Shown: positions 63,952-64,000 of the stretch, piece after piece
Numbering within the stretch: the first letter of the stretch is position 1
How the letters are laid out: the number at the start of each line of letters is the position of its first letter
Source of the DNA: Octopus bimaculoides
Taxonomy: Eukaryota
Length of the DNA: 64,000 nucleotides
NCBI RefSeq assembly: GCF_001194135.2
Contig: NC_068992.1
Location: forward strand, 52,350,081 to 52,414,080
Direction of reading: 5' to 3'
Program-made: the position numbers and the translations under genes
Notes under the pieces: generated by a model
The model's input: the letters and a program-made list of their open reading frames with translations, nothing else
Databases searched by the model: none
Told to the model about the DNA's origin: nothing

Positions 63952-64000
<49 letters not shown>

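Overview
AT-rich, repeat-saturated animal genomic DNA from a draft scaffold, with about 17 N-gaps (several exactly 10 N with duplicated flanks). The SINE and LINE families and the microsatellite load look like an octopod cephalopod (Octopus-like); this is recognition from memory, not a database result. No intact long protein-coding ORF is present, and nearly all entries in the ORF track are microsatellite or N-gap artefacts. The window contains: (1) many copies of at least five tRNA-headed SINE families, labelled here A, C, D, E, F; (2) 5'-truncated copies of an RTE-clade LINE 3' end, one retaining the ORF2 C-terminus; (3) a disrupted L1/Tx1-like ORF1; (4) non-autonomous mariner, Tc1-like and hAT DNA transposons with visible TIRs and TSDs; (5) a weakly supported chain of small + strand exons that may belong to a large-intron gene. 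The most interesting signal is a set of type I hammerhead-ribozyme-like motifs in four unrelated repeat contexts: a near-complete one with an inverted partial copy (26.3 kb), a decayed head-to-tail pair with a ~330-nt monomer resembling a non-LTR retrozyme (15.9-16.7 kb), a minimal one in the tail of a tRNA-headed SINE (49.2 kb) and a minimal variant (56.7 kb). All pairings were derived by eye, and nothing was folded or searched computationally. Repeat boundaries without TSD evidence are approximate.
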